This document shows positions 9,792 through 19,040 of a stretch of 64,000 nt of DNA, piece after piece. The position numbers and the translations under genes are program-made. The stretch's first letter is position 1. The number at the start of each line of letters is the position of its first letter. The stretch spans positions 10,119 to 74,118 of the forward strand of contig DAOUKV010000016.1 in NCBI GenBank assembly GCA_034420955.1. Direction: 5' to 3'. A model generated the notes under the pieces. That model was not told the DNA's origin and ran no database searches. It worked only from the letters and a program-made list of their open reading frames with translations. The DNA comes from Dehalococcoidia bacterium (GTDB taxonomy: Bacteria > Chloroflexota > Dehalococcoidia > Lucifugimonadales > UBA1123).

Positions 9792-10988
9792 ATGACCTCA
9801 GATGTTCGCGCTCGCTCTTCGCCGGCGGCGCTGTGGACGATTCGCGTAGTAACGCTGGTTGCGTTTTTGGATCTGTACATGCAGATCCCAGTGATCTCTA
9901 CATACGCGAAGTCGTTGGGCGCGGCCGAGGGGATGATCGGCGTGATAGTGGGGATGTACTCAGCGCTGAACCTGCTAGGCAACGTGGGCGCCGGCTTCGC
10001 TCTGGACAAGGTGGACCGCAAATTGCTGGTCGTAGCCGGGATGCTGGCGACAACGGCGGCGCTGTACTGCTATCCGCTGGCGCAGACGTCTGAGCAGTTG
10101 CTGGCGCTGCGCGTCTTCCATGGCTTTGCCGCGGGCGCGCTGGCGCCGGGAGCGTTCGCCATGCTCGGAGACCGCTCCGGCGAGGGTGGTCAGGCGCGTT
10201 CGATGGGCATGGGCGGGGCGCTCATCGCCATATCAGCCGTACTGGGTCCCGCGCTTGCCGGAGGCATCGGCAACGAGTGGGGCTACGAGTACGTCTTCAT
10301 TACCAGCGGCTCGTTCATGCTAGCGGCGGCTGTGGCGTTCTGGCTCCTTGTGCCGGGAGACGGCAGCGCCTCCACCAGGGACGGCGCGGCGGACGTCGAG
10401 CGAACGGGCGCCGCGTCGCCGGTCCGCAGTCCGATCATGCTCAGGGTCTATGGCGCGACGCTGGCGATGACGTTCGGGTTCGGCGCGCTGGTGGCGTACC
10501 TGCCGATAATGCTTGAGGAGATCGGCGCGGATATATGGGTTAGGGGCGCGGCGTTCGCTGTCCTGTCACTCGTCGGTGCAATAGTCATGGCAAGCCCTAT
10601 CCAGCGCGCCCTGGACGATAGGTCGCGCCCGCTCACCGTCCTCGCCGGACTGGTCGGCATGGGGGCGAGCTTCTTCGTTCTGGCAGAGCTGGGCGGCTCT
10701 CTGGAGGGTGTCTTGGCGGCTATGGTGATGTTCGGCTCCGGCTTCGGGCTGCTGTTCCCGGCGCTCAGCGCGACGGTTTCGGAGAGCGCGGACGGACGGC
10801 GGCGCGGGGCGGCGTTCGGCATATTCTACGCCACGTACTCGCTTGGGGTGGTAATCGGCTCGGTGGCGACGGGCCAGGTGTCGGAATCGTTCGCGGCGCT
10901 TGGGGCGCCGTTCTACGTCGCGGGCGTCGCGCCACTGCTGGCCGCCCCGCTGGCGCTGGGGATACGCGGGCGCAAGCCAAGCGCTTGA
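9792..10988 (+). CDS. MFS transporter
   Basis: 398 aa, about 12 hydrophobic segments, with an MFS-like 'D(K/R)xxR(K/R)' loop ('LDKVDRKLL') after TM2. Confidence 0.8.
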   Translation: MTSDVRARSSPAALWTIRVVTLVAFLDLYMQIPVISTYAKSLGAAEGMIGVIVGMYSALNLLGNVGAGFALDKVDRKLLVVAGMLATTAALYCYPLAQTSEQLLALRVFHGFAAGALAPGAFAMLGDRSGEGGQARSMGMGGALIAISAVLGPALAGGIGNEWGYEYVFITSGSFMLAAAVAFWLLVPGDGSASTRDGAADVERTGAASPVRSPIMLRVYGATLAMTFGFGALVAYLPIMLEEIGADIWVRGAAFAVLSLVGAIVMASPIQRALDDRSRPLTVLAGLVGMGASFFVLAELGGSLEGVLAAMVMFGSGFGLLFPALSATVSESADGRRRGAAFGIFYATYSLGVVIGSVATGQVSESFAALGAPFYVAGVAPLLAAPLALGIRGRKPSA

Positions 10989-11003
10989 CCGATAGATGGG
11001 GGC

Positions 11004-11456
11004 CTAGCCCACAGGCAAGCTGACGGCCGGGGCCTCTCCGGGTTCGAGTAGCAGAACCCTGCCGGTGTCGTAGTCCATGAACAGAGTCAGGTAGCGCATC
11101 ACGTCCCAGCCCAAGATTGACGGCATCTCGATGAACCGTCCCGGCGGGGGTTCTGCTAGCAAGATTTCGCCTTGCCAAATGTATCCGCCGATGAAGATAG
11201 CTGCTTGGATGCGTCTCGTCGCAATCTCGCCGCCTATGCCGCCGATCATGGGGCCGAGAGGTAGGGACAATAGGTCAACGCCGAGTTCGACTCGCAAATT
11301 GATCGCGTCGGTGGGCGACAGTACGGTGTAATCGGCTCCAGTGTCAATTAGAAACGTAACGTCCCGTACACCTGCATCAGTTGCAGGAATTCGCAAGTCC
11401 AGCTCAACTGAAGGACGCGGATGCGCACTGTCAGGATCGAAATATCCCGTTATCAT
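11004..11456 (-). CDS. Retropepsin-like (clan AA) aspartic protease
   Basis: 'FLIDTGADYTVLS' contains the DTG active-site signature. About 150 aa, single-lobe size typical of bacterial retropepsin-like proteins. Confidence 0.7.
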   Translation of the reverse strand: MITGYFDPDSAHPRPSVELDLRIPATDAGVRDVTFLIDTGADYTVLSPTDAINLRVELGVDLLSLPLGPMIGGIGGEIATRRIQAAIFIGGYIWQGEILLAEPPPGRFIEMPSILGWDVMRYLTLFMDYDTGRVLLLEPGEAPAVSLPVG

Positions 11457-11464
11457 CTGATGGG

Positions 11465-11725
11465 TTATGTGATCCAGATTATTGGCTTGGTTGCCGCGAA
11501 GCCAAAGTATATGCTTCCAATAGATCCGCAGTTTGCTTTCAGGCGCATCATGAGTAGTTCAGGGTCTTCGTCGACGCCGACCACCTCTTTGCGATACACA
11601 GCGACCCACTGATCCGGGTACTGCGCCGCCAGTTCTTTGCGATGCGTTTTGAACCACACGACGTCTTCATGGAATCGTTGCAGCCTGGCTTCTCTCGCCG
11701 GGTCTGGTTCGACTTTGGTGAACAT
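11465..11725 (-). CDS. Small DUF5678-like protein (partner of the aspartic protease)
   Basis: 86 aa, ending 8 nt before the protease start. 'YPDQWVAVYRKEVVGVDEDPELL' resembles the 'WVAI..g.vv..g.d' core of DUF5678 proteins. Confidence 0.5.
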   Translation of the reverse strand: MFTKVEPDPAREARLQRFHEDVVWFKTHRKELAAQYPDQWVAVYRKEVVGVDEDPELLMMRLKANCGSIGSIYFGFAATKPIIWIT

Positions 11726-11893
11726 GGTACCTATCCCCTCGCGCCAATTCAGGGTTGCCTTGGGAATCTCGGAGTCAGAAGTTTATTGTAGCGCGGCATC
11801 AGCTCTTTCGCTAGGCGACGCCGTTCGACAGCGCTTGCCCCGACCACGCGCACGCGCTACGATGCCACCTATCACGCAATCAGGATTCACGCC

Positions 11894-13492
11894 ATGCCAA
11901 CCGCCAAATCCCAACGCAGTTTCTGGACGTGGGGACTCCGCGCCGATGAGCCGTCGGACGCTGAGCGCGCCAGCCACGCCGCCACGCTATCGGAGCGATT
12001 CGGCGCGGAAATCGTCGCGCCGCCGATACCTGGCGCCGATGAACTCGACCTGCGCCCGCCCCGGGTGTCCGCGCCGGACTCTATCGCTCCGTTCTGTCGC
12101 GTGGATAACTATGAGCGCGCGCTTCACTCGTACAGCGCGGACGACCGCGAACCGGCGGCTATCGAGGGGCGCTTTCCCAACCCGCCGGACGTGGTGGCGC
12201 ACCCGCGCGACGAGACGGAGCTGGAGCGTGTCCTGGAGTGGTGCGACGCGAACGGATACGTCGTCATCCCGTTCGGGGGCGGGTCGTCGGTCGTCGGGGG
12301 CGTAACGCCCCCGGAGGCCGACGCGGTGGTTACGATAGACATGGACGAGTTCGATCGCGTTCTCGAAATAGACGAGACCTCGCGGGCGGCGCGTATCCAG
12401 GCGGGCGTATTCGGGCCGCATCTGGAAGACCAGCTAAGGCCGCACGGCTACACGCTGCGCCACTTTCCGCAGAGCTTCACCGGCTCGACGCTGGGCGGCT
12501 GGATAGCCACGCGGTCGGGCGGGCACTACGCGACGAACCACACGCACATAGACGAGTTCGTGGAGTCGGCGAGGATGCTGACGCCGCGCGGCTGGTGGGA
12601 GAGCCGGCGGCTGCCCGGAGGCGGCGCGGGGCCGGACCCAAACCGTCTCGCCATCGGCAGCGAGGGCATTCTGGGCATCATCACCGAGGCGTGGATGCGG
12701 ATCCAGGCGCGTCCTCGCTACCGCGCCACGGCGGGCGTCCGATTCCCGTCATGGGAGCGCGCCGCAGACGCCGCGCGGCTGATCGCGCAGTCGAAGCTGT
12801 GGCCCGCGAATTTGCGCGCGCTCGACGCCCACCTGTCCCGCGACGCGGCGGGAATGAACGGCGTCCACTCGCTGCTAATCATCGGCTTCGAGTCGGCTGA
12901 CCTGCCGCAGGACTGGAACATCGGCGCGGCGGTCGGCATTGCGCGCGACTACGGCGGCGAGGTTGAGGACGACGAGATTCTGATAGACGACGGATCGGGC
13001 CGTCCGACGGGACGCGGCGGCGCGGTCGGCGCTTGGCGCAACGCCTTCATCGAGGTTGGCGGCGGCCTGACGGCGGGACTGGGACTGGTTACGGGAACCG
13101 TGGAGACGGCGGTTACGTGGGACGCTTGGCCCGCGCTGGACGACCACGTGCGCGACATGATGGGACGCGCGCTGCGCGACGTGTGTGGCGGCGGGTCTCT
13201 GAACTGCCGGTTTACCCACGTTTACCCAGATGGTCCGGCTCCATACTATACGTACACGGGCGCATACCGGAGCGGCGACTTTCTTGGACAGCAAGCGGCG
13301 ATCAAGAAGGCGGCGTCGGACGCGATTACGGAGGCGGACGGCACCATCACCCATCATCACGCCGTCGGACGGTTGCACCGCCCGTGGTACGACGCCGAAA
13401 GGCCGGAACCGTTCGCGGCGGCGCTGCGGGCGGCGAAGCAAGCGGTGGACCCGAACGGGATCCTGAACCCGGGCGTGCTGGTGGATGTGTAG
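11894..13492 (+). CDS. FAD-linked oxidase (PCMH-type; alkyl-DHAP synthase/glycolate oxidase GlcD-like)
   Basis: 'VIPFGGGSSVVGG' FAD-binding motif and a C-terminal 'HHHAVGRLHRPW...VDPNGILNPG' oxidase domain. Confidence 0.85.
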   Translation: MPTAKSQRSFWTWGLRADEPSDAERASHAATLSERFGAEIVAPPIPGADELDLRPPRVSAPDSIAPFCRVDNYERALHSYSADDREPAAIEGRFPNPPDVVAHPRDETELERVLEWCDANGYVVIPFGGGSSVVGGVTPPEADAVVTIDMDEFDRVLEIDETSRAARIQAGVFGPHLEDQLRPHGYTLRHFPQSFTGSTLGGWIATRSGGHYATNHTHIDEFVESARMLTPRGWWESRRLPGGGAGPDPNRLAIGSEGILGIITEAWMRIQARPRYRATAGVRFPSWERAADAARLIAQSKLWPANLRALDAHLSRDAAGMNGVHSLLIIGFESADLPQDWNIGAAVGIARDYGGEVEDDEILIDDGSGRPTGRGGAVGAWRNAFIEVGGGLTAGLGLVTGTVETAVTWDAWPALDDHVRDMMGRALRDVCGGGSLNCRFTHVYPDGPAPYYTYTGAYRSGDFLGQQAAIKKAASDAITEADGTITHHHAVGRLHRPWYDAERPEPFAAALRAAKQAVDPNGILNPGVLVDV

Positions 13493-13496
13493 GAGA

Positions 13497-16424
13497 TCAG
13501 CCGGCCCAGTCCAGTCCTTCAGCCAGAACCTCCACCAGGTGCAGGGCGCGTTTGCCGGTGCCTTGCGCTATCTGCTGGCGGCAGGATACGCCCTCGGCGA
13601 CTACGGTGAACTCGCCGCGCTGGGCGCGGATGGCTGGGAACAAAGTCATCTCGCCTATCTGCATCGAGAGGTCGTAGTGCTCCGTCTCATAACCGAAGCT
13701 GCCGGCCATGCCGCAGCAGCCGGAGGGTATCTCCGTCGCCTCCACGCCATCCAGCGAGTTCAGCAGCGACATCGCGGCTCCGGAGCCGACCAGCGCCTTC
13801 TGGTGGCAGTGTCCCTGGAACAGGATCCGGCTCGGCAGGCGCGAAGCGTCGAGATTTAGCTGCGCGCCCTCCCCTATCGCATGGTTGACGAACTGCTCCA
13901 CCAGCATCGTCGCGTCGGCGATTTGGCGCGCCTTCTCAGCGTTGACTCCGTTCATATCGGTGTAGTCGTCGGCGAAGCTGAGAATGCAGCTTGGCTCGAT
14001 GCCAACCAACTTGGCGCCATCGGCGACGTACCGGAGGATGCGCTCGACGTTGAAGTGGGCGTTCTTCAGCGCGTCGTCCATCATCCCCTTGGACAGCATG
14101 GCGCGACCGCAGCACTTCACGTCCGGCGTTACTACCTGGTAGCCCAGCGCCTCGATCACCTTGACGGCGGCGCGTCCAAGCTCCGGGTGGTTGTAGTTGG
14201 TGAACGTGTCCGGGAACAGAACGACCTGTCCTCGCTGATTCGCCTTTTCGGGTGAGCCGCCTCGCGCCTTGAACCACTGCTGGAACGACTGGCTGGCGAA
14301 CGGCGGCAGTTCGCGGCGGCGGTCAATGCCGAGCCGCGCTTCCATCATCCGGCGCCCGCCGGGCATCCGGCTCATCCAGTTCGACATGGGCGCGAAGAAC
14401 GAGCCGATCTTGCTGATGGTATTGATATTGCCGAAGAACTGGTTGCGCGCGGGCAGTGGGTTCGTCTTGTAGTACTGGTTCAGGAACTCGTACTTCAGCT
14501 TGGCCATGTCCACGTTCGAGGGACACTCGGCTGAACAGCCCTTGCACTCTAGGCACAGATCCAGCGTGTCGTAGAGGCGCTTGTCGGACAGCGCGGTCGC
14601 GGGCAGCGCGCCGGATATCGCCGCCCGCAGCGCGTTCGCCCGTCCGCGGGTGGAATGCTCCTCCTCGCGCGTCGCCATGAACGACGGGCACATGGTTCCG
14701 CCGAGCGTCTTGCGGCACGCGCCCTGGCCGTTGCACATCTCGATTCCATGCGCGAAGCTGCCCTCTTGCCGGAAGGCGAAGCCTGTCGCCGGATTGAGCG
14801 GCGCGTAAGACGGGCCTATGCGGAGATTTTCGGTCATCTCCTGCGCGTCCACAATCTTGCCCGGGTTCATTATGCCGTCGGGGTCGAAGGCGCGCTTGAC
14901 GTCCTGGAAGGCGCCGTAGAGAGTGTCGCCGAACATCTTGCGGTTGAACCAGCTGCGGACCAGCCCGTCGCCGTGTTCGCCGCTCATCGAGCCGCCGTAC
15001 TCCATCACCAGGTCGCCCACCTCTTCGGCGATAGACACCATGCGATCCACGCCTTCCTGGTTCTTGAGGTCTATGAGGGGGCGAATGTGCAAACATCCGA
15101 CGCTGGCGTGGCCGTAGTAGCCTGCCTCGGTGCCGTGGCGCGTAACGATGTCGTCGAACTTCTGCACGAAGTCGGGCAGATGCTCCGGCGACACGGCGCA
15201 GTCTTCGACGAACGGCAGCGGCTTGGCGTCGCCGGGGACGTTCATCATCAGTCCAAGCCCCGCCTTACGAACGTCCCACACCTTCTCCTGGTCTTCGGGG
15301 CGCATCAGCTTCAGAAATTCGTAGCCCAGCCCGCGCCCACGAAGGGTATCGCCGAGGTGGTCCATCTTGGCGCGGACTTCCTCCTCGCTGCCTCCGGATA
15401 GCTCTATCGCCAGCAGCGCCTCAGGGTCGCCCTCTATGAAGTCGGTGATGCGGGCGTAGGCGAGATTCGACTTCGCCTGGCGGATGATCATGGAGCCGAT
15501 CAGCTCCACAGCGGCGGGTTGGAGCTCGAGCGCGACGACAGTGGCTTCCATGGACTCTATCAGGTCGTTGCAGTGCAGCACGCCAAGACCGACAACGGGC
15601 GGGCGCGGCACAAGTCGCAGCTTTGCCTCGGTGATGGTTACGAGTGTGCCTTCGGAACCTACGACGAACCGCGCCATGTCGAAGCCCATGCCGCCTACGA
15701 ATTCGTCGAGGTTGTAACCCGAGACGCGCCGCTGGATCTTGGGGTATCGCGCGATTATCTCGTCGCGGTGCGCCTCGCCTATCTCGAACAGACTGCGATG
15801 GATGTCGCCCTCCAGACCGCCGGAGCGCATCCGCGCCTCGAGCGCCGAGCCGTCGAGCGCGCCGAAGCTCGTGGGCTGGCCGTTGGACAGCACTACGTCC
15901 AGCTCGCGCACGTTATCCACCGTTTTGCCCCACATGATGGAGTGGGCGCCGCAGGAGTTGTTGCCCAGCGCGCCGCCGACGTTGCCGCGGTTGGAAGTAG
16001 AGGGGTCGGGCGCGAACAGCAGGCCGCTCTCGCGTATGCGGTGGTTCAGAACGTCGAGCACTATGCCAGGCTGAGCGCGAACCCAGCGCTCCTCCTCGTT
16101 TAGTTCCACGATGTCGTTCATGTACTTCGAGAAGTCCATGACTATCGAGTGTCCGACGGTCTGTCCGCCGAGGCTTGTGCCTCCGCCGCGCGGCAGCACG
16201 GATACGCCGTACTTGTTAGCGGTCTCGACGACGGCGATCACGTCCTCGGCGTTGCGCGGCAGGACGACGCCCACCGGCTCGATCTCGTAGATAGAGGCGT
16301 CCGTCGAGTACAGAACCCGGCTCATCTTGTCGAACCGCACTTCGCCGGAGACGAGGCGTTCGAGGTCGTGTACCAGTTCGCGGGTATCGGTATCTGACGA
16401 GCCGGTGGCGGAAACGGTGGTCAT
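13497..16424 (-). CDS. Fused FAD-binding / 4Fe-4S / CCG-domain oxidoreductase (YdiJ/GlcD-GlcF fusion-like 2-hydroxyacid dehydrogenase)
   Basis: N-terminal 'LPRGGGTSLGGQ' FAD domain, central 'CLECKGCSAECP' ferredoxin-type cluster motif, and C-terminal Cys-rich (CCG) repeats. Start moved to ATG 16424 (MTTVSA). Confidence 0.85.
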   Translation of the reverse strand: MTTVSATGSSDTDTRELVHDLERLVSGEVRFDKMSRVLYSTDASIYEIEPVGVVLPRNAEDVIAVVETANKYGVSVLPRGGGTSLGGQTVGHSIVMDFSKYMNDIVELNEEERWVRAQPGIVLDVLNHRIRESGLLFAPDPSTSNRGNVGGALGNNSCGAHSIMWGKTVDNVRELDVVLSNGQPTSFGALDGSALEARMRSGGLEGDIHRSLFEIGEAHRDEIIARYPKIQRRVSGYNLDEFVGGMGFDMARFVVGSEGTLVTITEAKLRLVPRPPVVGLGVLHCNDLIESMEATVVALELQPAAVELIGSMIIRQAKSNLAYARITDFIEGDPEALLAIELSGGSEEEVRAKMDHLGDTLRGRGLGYEFLKLMRPEDQEKVWDVRKAGLGLMMNVPGDAKPLPFVEDCAVSPEHLPDFVQKFDDIVTRHGTEAGYYGHASVGCLHIRPLIDLKNQEGVDRMVSIAEEVGDLVMEYGGSMSGEHGDGLVRSWFNRKMFGDTLYGAFQDVKRAFDPDGIMNPGKIVDAQEMTENLRIGPSYAPLNPATGFAFRQEGSFAHGIEMCNGQGACRKTLGGTMCPSFMATREEEHSTRGRANALRAAISGALPATALSDKRLYDTLDLCLECKGCSAECPSNVDMAKLKYEFLNQYYKTNPLPARNQFFGNINTISKIGSFFAPMSNWMSRMPGGRRMMEARLGIDRRRELPPFASQSFQQWFKARGGSPEKANQRGQVVLFPDTFTNYNHPELGRAAVKVIEALGYQVVTPDVKCCGRAMLSKGMMDDALKNAHFNVERILRYVADGAKLVGIEPSCILSFADDYTDMNGVNAEKARQIADATMLVEQFVNHAIGEGAQLNLDASRLPSRILFQGHCHQKALVGSGAAMSLLNSLDGVEATEIPSGCCGMAGSFGYETEHYDLSMQIGEMTLFPAIRAQRGEFTVVAEGVSCRQQIAQGTGKRALHLVEVLAEGLDWAG

Positions 16425-16534
16425 GCGGCGCCCTCGCTGTGCATCGCTGTTTTGGCGGGTTGGGTAATGATACACGAATAGGCGCGGGCGGCGCATATGG
16501 GGCAGTGTGGAGGCCCATCGTTGACGCGTAAGCG

Positions 16535-16743
16535 CTAAGCACGGTCGAAGTCCCGCCTGCTTATGCCCAAATTCCTCCGGATACGATGAACTGTGCCGAT
16601 AGGCATATCCCGATTGCCGTGTCGTGGAATCGGAGACCTCCGATTGTGGACGGATTAATCCAAACCTCGTGTGAACCGCTCGCCTGTCTGCGGAAGGAGC
16701 AACCTAGTCTTCTTAGCTTCCGCGCCAGTTCTCTATACGTCAT
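16535..16743 (-). pseudogene. hicA: hicA toxin gene interrupted by a frameshift
   Basis: Frame 0 gives 'MTYRELARKLRRLGCSFRRQASGSHEVWINPST' and then nonsense. Shifting frame at ~16643-16646 gives 'NRRSPIPRHGNRDMPIGTVHRIRRNLGISRRDFDRA*', the canonical HicA C-terminus. This is consistent with loss of one A in an ACAAAT run. The ATGA overlaps the hicB stop. Confidence 0.75.
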
Positions 16744-16985
16744 ACGACTATGGAGATCCGTCCATTCTTGCTGGGAGATGACGCTATCCCTTCAGGCAAC
16801 GGGTCGCCACATTCCTTGTAGTCGAGTATGAACGCCTCTGCTACGGCGATCAGCTCAGCCAAGGTGGAGTTTGGGGTCTCATCCCATGCCATGCATCCGG
16901 GCAGTTCCAGAACCTCGGCCCTGTATAGCCACCCTTCATCCTCGCAAGGTTCGTGCAGGATGTAAGTCAACTGGTACATCTCCAT
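16740..16985 (-). CDS. hicB: HicB-family antitoxin (UPF0150 fold)
   Basis: 'YRAEVLELPGCMAWDETPNSTLAELIAVAEAFI' is the typical HicB N-domain pattern. AGGAGGA lies 6 nt upstream of ATG 16985. The ORF track start at 17009 is a TTG. Confidence 0.75.
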   Translation of the reverse strand: MEMYQLTYILHEPCEDEGWLYRAEVLELPGCMAWDETPNSTLAELIAVAEAFILDYKECGDPLPEGIASSPSKNGRISIVV

Positions 16986-17027
16986 CTCATTCCTCCTCGT
17001 CCGATTCAATTGTGTGCCGGCCGTCTC

Positions 17028-17228
17028 CTACTTCACGGCGTCCCAGGCGCGCTGCATGATGAAGAAGGCGAGTATGCCGATGGGGATGGCTACGATTATC
17101 GCGCCGAACACTACGACGAGAGCGAAGTCGCCCAAGCCCAGAATGGCGTGTAGCTGCTCGTTGATCCAAGCCAGCAGCGTGGGGTCGCCCGGTTCGCCGT
17201 GATGGGTGGGCAGGGACAGGAACGGCAT
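17028..17228 (-). CDS. Small membrane protein (one TM), hypothetical
   Basis: 66 aa directly downstream of the MFS gene, with strong GC3 bias and one clear hydrophobic helix 'FALVVVFGAIIVAIPIGILAFFI'. Confidence 0.5.
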   Translation of the reverse strand: MPFLSLPTHHGEPGDPTLLAWINEQLHAILGLGDFALVVVFGAIIVAIPIGILAFFIMQRAWDAVK

Positions 17229-17245
17229 AGCGAATCAGCCCGGGG

Positions 17246-18844
17246 TCAGTCTGCTTCGGCGCCGGATCGGGCTACGGCGGGCTCCTGAGCGGAAGACTGG
17301 ACGGCGGGAGCCTGATAGCGTATCGAGTAGCGGCGCTCGCGGATGGCGTAGCTGGCTACGGTCGCTCCGAGCAGGGTAAGCCCCGCGATCCCGAACGGGA
17401 TTACGTAGTTGCCTGTGTGGTCGTACAGGATTCCGGCGACGAATACGCTCACCGAGCCGCCTATCTGGTGGGCGAACGTGGTGAACCCTCCCAGGGTGCC
17501 GAGGTTGCGGGTGCCGTAGATGTCAGCCGTCAGCGAAGACGTAAGCGGCGGCGTGGCTATCCAAGACATGCCGGCGAAGTAGGCGAAAGTCCATATGCCG
17601 ACAGAGGGCGGAAGGACTGTGGTCACGAAGTCTGCCAAGAAGCGCGGCATCATGCCCGCGTCGGCTGCGAACGTGAGCAGGCTCGGAGTCAGCAGCATGA
17701 CGTAGGCGAAGAAGCGCATGAAGTATATGGTGCCGAGCATGTTCTTGCGGCTGAACCTGTCCGAGTACACGCCGACCACCATTACGCCGATGGCGTTGAG
17801 GCCCTGCATCATGCCGAACGCCAGCGCCGCCACCGCCGGACTGATGCCGAGGTCAATGGCGAACGGAACGTAGTGCGTCGAGATTATCAGCGTCGTCACG
17901 CCGCACACCCAGTAAGCGCCGGAGAGCTGCCAGATTGGGGCCGAGCGGAAGGAGTCCTTCCAGCTGTCGGACTCGAGCGGCGCGTTCGCGGCGGGAGTGG
18001 ACTGTGAGTCCTGCTTGTCTCGGGTGATGAGCGCGACGAGTCTCAACAGCGCTACGAGCGGCAGCGCTACGAGTTGGATCAGGAGCCACACGCCCTTCCA
18101 GACAAGGCCGAGCGTCCTCGCCATCCCGGGAGACATAGGCGATGAGCCGTCGCCGTCCGGTACTTCGCCAATGTCCCCTGGGCTGTCGCGCATGAAGAGA
18201 ACGACGAGGGGCAGCGCGAGTATCAGCACCAGCGCGCCCATCACCATCCACGCCACGCGCCAATGCGCCCAAATGATGAGCGAGGCGATGAACGGCGTGA
18301 GTATCATCCCGCCAATGGATGTGCCGGCGGTGCAGATGCTAAGCACTATGCCCCGACGCCGGAAGAACCACTTGGCAAGCACGGCGTGGACCGTAACCAG
18401 CGACACGCCGCTGGACGCGGTGGACATGACCAAGCCGTAGATGACGACCAGGTAGAGCAGGCTGGACGATAGCGTTATCTCGAAGATCGTCAGCCCGTAT
18501 GCGCCGATTCTGAGCGGCAGGGCAAACTCGACGCCAAAGTTGCTGATGATGGCGAGCAGCATGGTGGACAAGCCAAGCGCGAGCAGGCTCAGCGATATGA
18601 CCACGCGGCCGCCGAAGCGGTCGTACAGCCTGCCGAGGAAGGGCTGCGACAGGCCGTTCACGAGTATGCCGATGGATATGGCGGCTGATATGTCGGTGCG
18701 CGACCACGTGAGGTCGGTGGTCATCGGCACGACGAAGACGCCGAAGCCGTTTCTGGCGCCCATGGAGACGAACAGGGCAAAGAACCCCGCGGCGAGTATG
18801 AACCATCCGTAGAAGATGCGCGGTCGGGTGGATGCGTTAGCCAA
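17246..18844 (-). CDS. MFS transporter (oxalate/formate antiporter-like) with an enlarged central loop
   Basis: 532-aa polytopic protein with 6+6 helix layout separated by a long hydrophilic/extra-helix insert. Confidence 0.8.
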   Translation of the reverse strand: MANASTRPRIFYGWFILAAGFFALFVSMGARNGFGVFVVPMTTDLTWSRTDISAAISIGILVNGLSQPFLGRLYDRFGGRVVISLSLLALGLSTMLLAIISNFGVEFALPLRIGAYGLTIFEITLSSSLLYLVVIYGLVMSTASSGVSLVTVHAVLAKWFFRRRGIVLSICTAGTSIGGMILTPFIASLIIWAHWRVAWMVMGALVLILALPLVVLFMRDSPGDIGEVPDGDGSSPMSPGMARTLGLVWKGVWLLIQLVALPLVALLRLVALITRDKQDSQSTPAANAPLESDSWKDSFRSAPIWQLSGAYWVCGVTTLIISTHYVPFAIDLGISPAVAALAFGMMQGLNAIGVMVVGVYSDRFSRKNMLGTIYFMRFFAYVMLLTPSLLTFAADAGMMPRFLADFVTTVLPPSVGIWTFAYFAGMSWIATPPLTSSLTADIYGTRNLGTLGGFTTFAHQIGGSVSVFVAGILYDHTGNYVIPFGIAGLTLLGATVASYAIRERRYSIRYQAPAVQSSAQEPAVARSGAEAD

Positions 18845-19040
18845 GCTGCCGGTTCCTTCCGTCTCCCGTGTGGCCGTCTCAGGCGGGGCCGTCGTCGGCG
18901 CGTCGGCGCGGGGATGGGGAGATTCGGGGGTGTTGAGACAGTCTAGCGCCCAATCGCGTATCCTGACAAGGAATTCGTGAATCGCAAGTATGCGGGTTGG
19001 GGAATGGCAACATTATTGATGGAAGCGACGCCGCCAGCCC

